37,836 nt of DNA from Opitutus sp. GAS368 (lineage in GTDB: Bacteria; Verrucomicrobiota; Verrucomicrobiia; Opitutales; Opitutaceae), in the NCBI GenBank assembly GCA_945861645.1, contig CAMAVZ010000018.1:1-37836 (forward strand), given 5' to 3'. Both the position numbers and the translations under genes were made by a program. Within the stretch, counting starts at the first letter, position 1, and each line of letters begins with the position of its first letter. Positions 18,085 through 25,927 of the stretch are shown here, piece by piece. The notes below the pieces were generated by a model, which searched no databases, was not told the origin of the DNA, and saw only the letters and a list, made by a program, of their open reading frames with translations.

Positions 18085-19019
18085 CCGGGTCCTCCTTTAA
18101 GTCCTCTTTGTCGCAGACCGTCGGCGACGACGGCCAGTAAAATAATCATCCCTTGAATCGCTTTTTCCCAATAAGCCTCCACGTGCAAATGCGTGAGAGC
18201 GGGCGAGACGCAGGCGAGTAGCAGCAGACCGGCAAAAGCTCCCCACACGTTTCCGCGTCCGCCCGAGATCGCCACGCCACCCACGACAACCGCCGCAATC
18301 ACTTTTAATTCCAAGCCGGAGCCGACGAGGGGTTGGATTTGGGGCGATTGAACTAAATTCATGGTCGCAGCGAGCCCCGTCAATGCGCCGACAAAAACAA
18401 AAACGAGAAACGTGACCCAGTGGGGTCGGATGCCGGCGAGTCGCGCGGCTTCGGCATCAGTCCCGACGGCATAAACCCACCGGCCGGCCGCAACATGCCG
18501 CATAAAAAGTCCGCACGCCAACAACAAGCTGAGGGCGGTGGCGACGAGCGTCCATTGCCCAACGGTCTGACTGAGGCCGAACCATTGCACGCCATCCGGC
18601 AGATTAACAAAAGCACCTTGTTGGAGTAAATTGAGTCCCTGGCGCAGCATGACCATCGTCGCTAGGGTGACGACGATCGAGGGCAAGCGCAGGCCAGCGA
18701 TGAGCCACCCATTAAAGGCGCCCAAGGCGGCGCCCATCATTATCGCAGCGGGTAACACCGCGACGAGGGGCCAACCGCGGGCGGCCAGAAGGCCGGCCCC
18801 GATACTGCACACTGAAAATTGTGAGCCGACGGAGATATCGATTTGGCGACTAATAATAATGAGTGCCATGCCGCACATCACCACGAGCGTTGGAGCTTCC
18901 CGGGTGAGGAGGGAAAGTAGAGGCTGCGCTTGATAAAAACTGGGCGCAAACGCCGCCATTACGAGCAGCACTAAGCCTAAGGCTACGGTGACAGAAATTT
19001 CGCGAAAATAGCGATTCAT
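18081..19019 (-). CDS. Sugar ABC transporter permease
   Basis: IDISVGS, PSIVVTLA, ELKVIAAVVVGGVAISGGRG; ATGA overlaps with neighbours. Confidence 0.92.
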   Translation of the reverse strand: MNRYFREISVTVALGLVLLVMAAFAPSFYQAQPLLSLLTREAPTLVVMCGMALIIISRQIDISVGSQFSVCSIGAGLLAARGWPLVAVLPAAIMMGAALGAFNGWLIAGLRLPSIVVTLATMVMLRQGLNLLQQGAFVNLPDGVQWFGLSQTVGQWTLVATALSLLLACGLFMRHVAAGRWVYAVGTDAEAARLAGIRPHWVTFLVFVFVGALTGLAATMNLVQSPQIQPLVGSGLELKVIAAVVVGGVAISGGRGNVWGAFAGLLLLACVSPALTHLHVEAYWEKAIQGMIILLAVVADGLRQRGLKGGPG

Positions 19020-20542
19020 GCAGCGCCTTTTTCTAATTCCTGACCGAGGGCGGCTGCCATTACGGCGTGGGCATCAGACTGACCGGGGAGAATGGTGGTT
19101 AATTTCCCCCCACGCATCACCCCGATGCGATCGCTCATGCCCAAAATTTCCGGCAGATCACTCGAGATCATGATGACGGCGAGGCCGGCTTTCGCCAGCT
19201 GACGAATGATGCGATGGATTTCGCTTTTGGCCCCGACATCGACCCCTTGGGTTGGCTCGTCCAGGATCAGGGTTTTGGGCTGAGTCGCGAGCCAGCGAGC
19301 CAAGGAAATCTTTTGCTGATTGCCGCCGCTGAGGCTGCCGCCGAGGGCCTGGGGACCCGCGCACTTCACCGCGAGATCCCGGATGAAATCAAGCGCTAGC
19401 TTTTGTTCGGCGTCCAACTTGAGCCACGCGTTGGGAAATAAACGAGGATGAATCGCCATCGTTATATTTTGATCGATCGGCAGCTCCAGCACGACGCCGT
19501 GGCGGCGGCGATCCTCCGGGACATAAGCGAGGCCCAAAGCGACCGCCTCGGCGGGCGAACGCGGGGTGATTGGTTTTCCGCAAAGTAAAATTTCACCTCG
19601 GTCGGCCGGCGTGAGACCAAACAACACCCGCGCCAATTCACTACGGCCGGCGCCGACGAGCCCAGCTAGCCCAAAGATTTCTCCCGCCCGCACGGCGAAG
19701 CTCACGTGATTGACTCCAGCGGCGGCACAACCGACGTCGCGCAATTCGAGCACGATTTCTCCTCCCGTAAATTCAGTCGGAGGGTAGAGTTGGTCAACTT
19801 CGCGGCCCACCATTAGCTTGATGAGCCCGGCATGCGTGATCGCCCTGACGGCGTGAGTCCCCACGCTTTCCCCATCGCGGAGGACAGTGACGCGATCCGC
19901 GAGGGTGAATATTTCATCGAGGCGGTGTGAAATATAAATGATGCCGACGCCGCTGCTGCGTAGTTCACGCACCACCGTGAAGAGGCGATCTTGTTCGCGA
20001 CTAGTCAGGGAGGCGGTGGGTTCATCCATGACCACAATGCGTGCGCCGGCCCCAACCGCACAGGCGATCTCGACTAATTGTTGTTCGGGCATAGACAGTG
20101 TGCGTACTTCCGCCTCAGGTGAAAGGTCGGCGCCGACTCGAGCGAGTAGTTCCAGCGCGCGTCGCCGACGCTGGGACCAGTTAATGCGCCGCATCGATCC
20201 GGCTGGCTCCAAGCGCAGGCCAATATTTTCAGCGACGGTGAGGTCAGGGAAAAGCGCGGGCTGCTGATAGATACAAGCAATGCCGAGTTGCTGCGCGAGG
20301 CTAGGGGTTAGTCCTGTTAGTGACCGACCCGCCACGATAATCTCTCCCGCGTCCGGTTGATGAGCGCCGGTAATAATTTTGATCAACGTGCTTTTCCCTG
20401 CGCCATTTTCACCGAGGAGCGCGTGAACTTCCCCGGCCTGTAAATCAAAGTCGACGCCACGCAAGGCACGAACGCCGCCAAAATTCTTAGTGGCACGGCG
20501 TAACGTCAGGAGCGGGGGAGGGGTGGGTGGGCCCGAAAGCAT
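19016..20542 (-). CDS. Sugar ABC transporter ATP-binding protein (two ABC domains)
   Basis: GENGAGKST, MDEPT, ISHRL, GLVGAGRSE, LSGGNQQK, LDEPTQGVDVGAK. Confidence 0.95.
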   Translation of the reverse strand: MLSGPPTPPPLLTLRRATKNFGGVRALRGVDFDLQAGEVHALLGENGAGKSTLIKIITGAHQPDAGEIIVAGRSLTGLTPSLAQQLGIACIYQQPALFPDLTVAENIGLRLEPAGSMRRINWSQRRRRALELLARVGADLSPEAEVRTLSMPEQQLVEIACAVGAGARIVVMDEPTASLTSREQDRLFTVVRELRSSGVGIIYISHRLDEIFTLADRVTVLRDGESVGTHAVRAITHAGLIKLMVGREVDQLYPPTEFTGGEIVLELRDVGCAAAGVNHVSFAVRAGEIFGLAGLVGAGRSELARVLFGLTPADRGEILLCGKPITPRSPAEAVALGLAYVPEDRRRHGVVLELPIDQNITMAIHPRLFPNAWLKLDAEQKLALDFIRDLAVKCAGPQALGGSLSGGNQQKISLARWLATQPKTLILDEPTQGVDVGAKSEIHRIIRQLAKAGLAVIMISSDLPEILGMSDRIGVMRGGKLTTILPGQSDAHAVMAAALGQELEKGAA

Positions 20543-20715
20543 ACAGAATCGCTTAAAGTAAAAAGCAGAAGAGCTGCACTGACACGCTCAAAGGTTAGTT
20601 TATTTAAAATTTTAATTCCGGCGCGCTGCTCGGCCGATTGCAATAACGTCAAGCTGGGCGCATTTAGCCGTGTCATTTAGCGTTAATGATGGCTGACTCA
20701 ACTCAGTCTTTTTCG

Positions 20716-21567
20716 ATGCAACCTTCCCACAATAATCCTGCGCTAGAAGATGAGCTAGGTGATGTTTTAGAAAAAGCAGCGCGCCAGGCTAATTTGAGTC
20801 AAGAGAAGCTCGCAGCTTTCGCTGACGTTGATCCTGCGCGGATCCAAGATGCGCTCGATTATCGTTCCGAGTTGAATCAGCTGGAGTTGGGGCGGCTCGC
20901 GCGGGTCCTTGGTTTGAATGAAGTGGGCCTCAATGCGCTGGCGCAGGGCGCTTACCCCGTCGCGGAGCTCACGGGGTTATCGTTCTGTGTTCATCCGCTG
21001 CGCATGCCGTACGGTGTGGGGGTGGCCAACTCGTACGTGGTTTCGACCGGTGGCGATAGTGCTATTCTTTTTGATACCGGGGCGAGTCATCCTGAATTGC
21101 ACCGCGCTTGGCCCACGCGCATTCAGGAAATTGAGGCGGTCTTTATTACCCATTATGAGGCTGAACATATCGGCGGACTCGACGTGGTTTTGCAGGAAAC
21201 CGGCTTGGCGCAGTTCTATGGTCCCCCAACCGGTCGTTGGCCGCGCTGCCACGGATTAGGGGAAGGCGAAACGGTGCAGTTTGAGAAAATTTCGGTTACG
21301 GCTTTCTGCACTCCGGGGCATGCGGCCGAGCATAATTGTTATCTCATCCAAGCGACCACCAAACCGGCCGGAGCGGCACTGTTGATATCCGGTGATCTCG
21401 TTTTTGCCGGTTCGCTCGGGGGCGGCTATTTCTGTTGTCAGCGTCAACTCCAACACGCGCGGCGGATGCTAGATTTATTGGCACCGGATACGGTCATTGC
21501 CCCGGGCCACGGTCCGCTGACCACCGCCGCGAACGAGCGCCGCTTTAACGCTTTCCTGGCTCGCTAG
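20716..21567 (+). CDS. XRE-type HTH + metallo-beta-lactamase-fold protein with altered metal motif
   Basis: N-terminal LEDELGDVLEKA...LSQEKLA...LARVLGL HTH; FDTG, THYEAEH, TPGH, SGDLVF, PGHGPLTT. Alternative start at 20686. Confidence 0.82.
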   Translation: MQPSHNNPALEDELGDVLEKAARQANLSQEKLAAFADVDPARIQDALDYRSELNQLELGRLARVLGLNEVGLNALAQGAYPVAELTGLSFCVHPLRMPYGVGVANSYVVSTGGDSAILFDTGASHPELHRAWPTRIQEIEAVFITHYEAEHIGGLDVVLQETGLAQFYGPPTGRWPRCHGLGEGETVQFEKISVTAFCTPGHAAEHNCYLIQATTKPAGAALLISGDLVFAGSLGGGYFCCQRQLQHARRMLDLLAPDTVIAPGHGPLTTAANERRFNAFLAR

Positions 21568-21608
21568 GAACCGGCGTTGAGTGCGGCGGGGCGCACGGGA
21601 ATAGCCCT

Positions 21609-22979
21609 TTAAGTGCGCCATACTTCCGCGCCAAAGTCCCAGCCGCGGCGCGCGGGTTGGCGAACAATACGCTCCAACCCATCGTGATTGGTGACCCGCA
21701 TATTCGCGGCATCCCATTCAATATCACGGTTGGTGCGTTGCGCCAAGCAGCCGACGAGAGACATTTCAGTGAGGCGAGCGGAGTACTCAAAATTAGAACC
21801 AGGTAGCGGTCCTTCATTTTTGATGGCGCGAACCCATTCTTGGAAAGGTCCGCCCTTGATCCGCGGGATAGTTTTGGCGGGTAGGTTTAATTTAAATTCC
21901 TCCCAAAGTTTATCCGGTAGCAAGCGGGGTGTGTCGGGGCGGGCGCCAGTTATTAACGTGTTTTTATCCCCGATCATGAGCATGCCCGAACTGGGGAATT
22001 TTTTCGTCCGATCCCAATCGAGCGGCGGGGCAGGGTGTTGGCCGCCATCATACCAATGCAAGGCGACCGGCGGTTTGTTGCCGCGAGCGGGGAACTCAAA
22101 TTTAAGATGGGAGGAACGGCAGACGAAACCCTCGGCAATGGGCTCAAGGTTAATCACCGAGACGCGGGTAGGCGCATCCAAATCCAGTGACCAGAAGGGA
22201 GCGTCGAGGGTGTGGCAGGCCCAATCACCGAGTTCGCCGCAGCCAAAATCCCACCAGCCACGCCACGTAAGCGGCGCGTAGGCAGAGCTGTATTTACGTT
22301 TCTTCGCGGGCCCGAGCCAGAGATCCCAATCGAGAGAGGCGGGTGGCGCCAGGGTTGGGGCGGGGAAAGTGGATGGAATGCTGAAATAAGGACCTTTCAC
22401 GAAATTAGGGCCATCAAACCAAGCGTGGACTTCGCGAACTTCGCCGAGCACGCCCGATTCATACCATTCTTTAACGAGGCGAATGCCTTCCGTGGTGTGC
22501 CCTTGATTACCCATTTGGGTGATCACCTGGTAGTAGGCGGCTGCGCGCCGCAGGGTGCGGGCCTGCCAGATATCGTGGGTCAATGGCTTCTGCACATACA
22601 CGTGTTTGCCGAGTTGCATGGCCAAGTAGGCCGCCGCGAAATGACTGTGATCAGGAATGGAGACAATCACGGCATCGATCTCGCGATGCATTTGATCAAA
22701 CATCATTCGATAGTCCTTGAAGCGTTTAGCTTGAGGATATTTGGCCCAATTTTTAGCCGCACGCGCGTCATCGACATCGCAGATCGCGACATAATTTTCA
22801 CCGAGGCATCCATCGAAGGCGACATCGGCAATGCCGCCCCCACCAATAAACGCTAGGTTAAGCTTACGGCTCGCGGTGGGACCGGCTTGAGCGATAGCAA
22901 AACGTGGCAGAACAAAAAGTGACGCCGCCGCGGCGGATGTTTGCAGGAACTGGCGGCGGGATAGGTCGAGGTAGGTCAT
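21609..22979 (-). CDS. Tat-exported Gfo/Idh/MocA oxidoreductase
   Basis: SRRQFL Tat motif, IGGGG, PDHSH, YVQKPLTH, TQMGNQG, WRGWWDFGCGELGDWACH. Confidence 0.92.
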   Translation of the reverse strand: MTYLDLSRRQFLQTSAAAASLFVLPRFAIAQAGPTASRKLNLAFIGGGGIADVAFDGCLGENYVAICDVDDARAAKNWAKYPQAKRFKDYRMMFDQMHREIDAVIVSIPDHSHFAAAYLAMQLGKHVYVQKPLTHDIWQARTLRRAAAYYQVITQMGNQGHTTEGIRLVKEWYESGVLGEVREVHAWFDGPNFVKGPYFSIPSTFPAPTLAPPASLDWDLWLGPAKKRKYSSAYAPLTWRGWWDFGCGELGDWACHTLDAPFWSLDLDAPTRVSVINLEPIAEGFVCRSSHLKFEFPARGNKPPVALHWYDGGQHPAPPLDWDRTKKFPSSGMLMIGDKNTLITGARPDTPRLLPDKLWEEFKLNLPAKTIPRIKGGPFQEWVRAIKNEGPLPGSNFEYSARLTEMSLVGCLAQRTNRDIEWDAANMRVTNHDGLERIVRQPARRGWDFGAEVWRT

Positions 22980-23094
22980 GGGGTGATCGGGGTGAAACTA
23001 AAATTTATTACCTAACCAGACCTGTTATCTATAAAACGAGCCGCCAACTGATTAAGTCGCCATGGAAAAAATTGAGCGCTAGCGGGATTAAAAT

Positions 23095-23120
23095 CTTCTG
23101 CCCCCTAATTAGGGCAGGAG
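23095..23120 (-). terminator. Probable terminator hairpin after cytochrome b562 gene
   Basis: Imperfect stem cttctgccc...gggcaggag; on the minus strand it is followed by attttaat. Confidence 0.55.
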
Positions 23121-23138
23121 GGCGTCTCTGGTCAGCGC

Positions 23139-23585
23139 TTACTCCGGGCGCTTGTATTCTTTATGGCCTTCTTTCTGGAGCGCGGAGATTTTAGTAAGTA
23201 TCTCGACTACGCTTTTATTGTCACCGGCTTTCAGGGCGATTTCCACTTGGTCAAAGCCAACGATTATCTCTTTAATTTTTTTCTTATAACCAGCGATGAA
23301 TTGGTCGCGCTTATCCGCGGGAACATCGCGGGCGAGGTCAGGCGAGTACGAAAGACTTTCCTTGGTGGCAGCTTGGATCAGGCCGAGCAAGGCGAGGGAG
23401 GACGCATTTTGGGCTGGATCCGCAGCCTGCTTGCGCAATTTGCGCCAAGATTTATTGAGCGCATCCATCGATTTTTCGAGGGGCGTCTCCTCTTGCTCTG
23501 GTTTTGCTTTAGGCTCTTCGGCACGGCTGAGAGCCGGGGTGAGCGCGAGAATTAAGGTAAGCAGCGGCCGGAGGATTTTTTTCAT
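23139..23585 (-). CDS. Cytochrome b562-like periplasmic four-helix protein
   Basis: Signal peptide MKKILRPLLTLILALTPALSRA; LEKSM (Met ligand) near the mature N-terminus and QKEGHKEYK (His ligand) at the C-terminus; all-helical pattern. Confidence 0.75.
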   Translation of the reverse strand: MKKILRPLLTLILALTPALSRAEEPKAKPEQEETPLEKSMDALNKSWRKLRKQAADPAQNASSLALLGLIQAATKESLSYSPDLARDVPADKRDQFIAGYKKKIKEIIVGFDQVEIALKAGDNKSVVEILTKISALQKEGHKEYKRPE

Positions 23586-23766
23586 ATAAAGTGGTTTTAA
23601 ATTAAGCGGCTCTAAATAAAAAAGCCAGCGCAAGTCGCTTATTCTGTGCCTCCTTCTGCCGCCATGTGCGCTTCATCTATACTGGTATCCACGTTCAGCC
23701 CACCCCCCCCGTGCTCCTCGCCCCCCCGTGCCCTGACGCCATCCCTGCCCCCCGGCCATGCTTTGC

Positions 23767-23807
23767 GACGCTCTGTTTGTAATATATTATATTACAAACA
23801 GAGCGTC
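23767..23807. repeat. Perfect 41-bp palindrome (20-bp arms, 1-nt centre), copy 1
   Basis: gacgctctgtttgtaatata-t-tatattacaaacagagcgtc; the arms are exact reverse complements. Confidence 0.97.
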
Positions 23808-23867
23808 TTTTCCGCGTCATCAAACGGGGGGCTTGTATGTTATTTTTAATTAAAAGATTAAAAATCC

Positions 23868-24245
23868 ATGAATTCACTTCGTTTGCCTCGATCTGCTTTA
23901 TTGGCGGGGGATGTGGCGCTCGGCTTGCTTGAAGCGATTGAAGCGACCGCACGCGTCGCTGCGCGCAATTTAAAGAAAACTGGATTGCTGGGCACGCGGA
24001 AGCCAGTGGGTTCGACCTTACAACCCGGCGCAAAGACGCCCCTTTGGAATGAGCTGGTTAAGCAAACTCTGCCTTGGGTCCAGAAACGCGGCAGCAAGGC
24101 GCGGTTGGCGCGCTTTCTTGGCCTACCGCGCCAGCGTTTACAGGATTGCCTGAAATCGCAACGCGCTTGCCTTGATGCCGAGAGAACGTTGCGCCTGCTC
24201 TGCTGGGTAGCTGCTCGTCAACAAGGGCGAGATTTGATCCTTTGA
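23868..24245 (+). CDS. Small basic HTH-like DNA-binding protein of unknown function
   Basis: 125 aa, K/R-rich; SKARLARFLGLPRQRLQDCL fits a helix-turn-helix; preceded by an AT-rich promoter-like region and flanked by palindromes. Confidence 0.7.
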   Translation: MNSLRLPRSALLAGDVALGLLEAIEATARVAARNLKKTGLLGTRKPVGSTLQPGAKTPLWNELVKQTLPWVQKRGSKARLARFLGLPRQRLQDCLKSQRACLDAERTLRLLCWVAARQQGRDLIL

Positions 24246-24252
24246 GGACATT

Positions 24253-24281
24253 CTATTTGTAATATAATGTATTACAAACAG
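24253..24281. repeat. Palindrome copy 2 (near-identical to copy 1)
   Basis: ctatttgtaat-ataatgt-attacaaacag; 26/29 identical to copy 1 directly and 27/29 as reverse complement; offset exactly 480 bp. Confidence 0.95.
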
Positions 24282-24299
24282 GCCCCCGTGATTTTTGCG

Positions 24300-25043
24300 T
24301 TAAGGACCAGTCGGGGGGTGGGGGGGATTTTGGCGCAGGCGATAGGCCGCGGCAAAGAGGGCGAGCATGGCGGTGGGGCTGAGGGAGGAGCCGGGACGTT
24401 CGCACCAGCTGATCGGTCGGGCGATCACGGGCAGACCAGCCGCGCGGGCGCGCAGAAGTAGCTCGAGGTCAAAGGCGAAGCCGGCTTCACGCCACACACT
24501 GGAGGCGTAAAAAGCACGGGGGATAATTTTTAGGCCGCATTGAGTATCGGTAAACTTAAGGCCGAGCCAGAGCTGCACCCAACGATTGAATACGCGGCTC
24601 CCGATTCGGCGGTGCCAAAATCTGGTGACTGATTTATTAGTCGCCGCCGTCCGCACCCCCATAAACACGGCGGGCTGCTGGGCCGCCTGCGCTTGAGCAA
24701 TCAGCGCCGCTACTTCCGCGGCGGGCGTGGCGCCGTCCGCATCGACAAAGGCGAGCCAAGCTGCCTGCGGAGCGGTCGCCCAACCGGTGCGAATCGCATG
24801 TCCTTTACCGCGATTCTGCGGGTAGCTCTGCATGGGCTGAAGCGACGGGTAATCACCGCGCAGCTCAGCAATTTTTGCTGCAAGCCAATGCTGTTCACTC
24901 TCAGGGGAGCCGTCCACGACGACTTGGATGCGCACCTGACCGGCGTTCGCTATAAGAGCGGCGCAGAGCGGCGGCAGAAATTCAATCAGCCGTTTACCGT
25001 CGCGGTAACTGGGAATAACCAGGAGGGTGTCTGCTTGATTCAT
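24300..25043 (-). CDS. GT2 glycosyltransferase, polyprenyl-phosphate glycosyltransferase (DPM/DPG synthase)-like
   Basis: LVIPSY, VVVDGS, NRGKGHAIRTG, FVDADGAT, DTQCGLK, FAFDLELL. Confidence 0.88.
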   Translation of the reverse strand: MNQADTLLVIPSYRDGKRLIEFLPPLCAALIANAGQVRIQVVVDGSPESEQHWLAAKIAELRGDYPSLQPMQSYPQNRGKGHAIRTGWATAPQAAWLAFVDADGATPAAEVAALIAQAQAAQQPAVFMGVRTAATNKSVTRFWHRRIGSRVFNRWVQLWLGLKFTDTQCGLKIIPRAFYASSVWREAGFAFDLELLLRARAAGLPVIARPISWCERPGSSLSPTAMLALFAAAYRLRQNPPHPPTGP

Positions 25044-25927
25044 GCGAAAGGTGCGCCTTGCCGGTAGCTCTGACCTGACGACGTGCAGACCAAACTAGCG
25101 ATGCGCGGATCTTGGGCGGTGAGTTGGGTTAATTGCGAAGCGTTGAGCAAGAGGGCGGCGGTGCTGAGCGCATCAGCGAGGCCGGCGCTTGCAGCCAGTA
25201 CGAGGGCGCGCGCGGCCGGCTGCACTGCGAAGTTTGGGCGCGAGTCGATGATGTGCCCAGGTTGATACTGGAAGCCAGAAGCTCCCAAGCAAAATTTCCC
25301 GTGGAGGGGCAGCACGCTGCGGGGTTCGTCAATTTCTAACGACCAACCGTCGCCGCCGAGCCCGCGCAGACTACTACCGCCAGCAATGAGGCAACCCGTA
25401 GTGATTTCCCATTCCGCGAGTAAAGCCGCCGCTTGATCAAGCGCGTAGCCTTTACCCAGCGCTCCCAGATCTAGCCAGGGCCCGGCCCGCAATTTATGCA
25501 CGCGGCCAAGTTCAGGTTGGAGGCGCACCATCGGCCCAGGTTGATCTCCGGCAATCGGATTCGGGACGTCATGCAAGGAGAGGGGAATTTCCTGACCTTT
25601 AGCCGCGACACTGGCCCGACCAGTGAAGGCATCGAAGGCTCCACCCGTGAGGTGCGCGACTTCTGCCGCCAGAGCCAGACAGGCGAGGGTGTCAGGACTG
25701 ACGGCAACTTCGGTGCCGCGGGCGGCGCGATTTAAACGGGTGACGTCGCTCGATTCGCGATAAAAACTCAGGTTCCCCTCGAGCTGATCGATGAGGGCGA
25801 AGGCCTCCGTCGCGGCTTGGCGTAGATAAATTGGGTCATGACCACCCAAGTGAAATACCCACTCGGTTGCCATGGCTGCATGGGTGCAAGCGGTGAGCCC
25901 GGCGGGCAGTGTTAGCCGAAAATTCAT
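25040..25927 (-). CDS. apbE: FAD:protein FMN transferase (ApbE family)
   Basis: AMAT, LSFYRESSDVTRLN, TGGAFD, LDLGALGKGYALD, GASG, HIID, ADALSTA; ATGA overlaps on both sides. Confidence 0.88.
   Translation of the reverse strand: MNFRLTLPAGLTACTHAAMATEWVFHLGGHDPIYLRQAATEAFALIDQLEGNLSFYRESSDVTRLNRAARGTEVAVSPDTLACLALAAEVAHLTGGAFDAFTGRASVAAKGQEIPLSLHDVPNPIAGDQPGPMVRLQPELGRVHKLRAGPWLDLGALGKGYALDQAAALLAEWEITTGCLIAGGSSLRGLGGDGWSLEIDEPRSVLPLHGKFCLGASGFQYQPGHIIDSRPNFAVQPAARALVLAASAGLADALSTAALLLNASQLTQLTAQDPRIASLVCTSSGQSYRQGAPFA

Noticed and set aside
16039-20542. Bona fide AI-2 (lsr) quorum-sensing importer
   Set aside because: Gene order matches, but the LsrB ligand residues appear altered and lsrK/R/F/G are absent from the window, so no gene symbols were assigned.
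23646-24033. ORFs 23646-23849(+) and 23695-24033(-) sharing the peptide RRSVCNIxYYKQSV
   Set aside because: The shared peptide is an artefact of translating the DNA palindrome on both strands.
23767-24281. CRISPR array, or known operator (TnrA/GlnR, NtcA, Rex, LexA)
   Set aside because: There are only two copies 480 bp apart with a gene between them and no cas genes. The arm spacing (TGTAA-N9-TTACA) does not match those consensus boxes.
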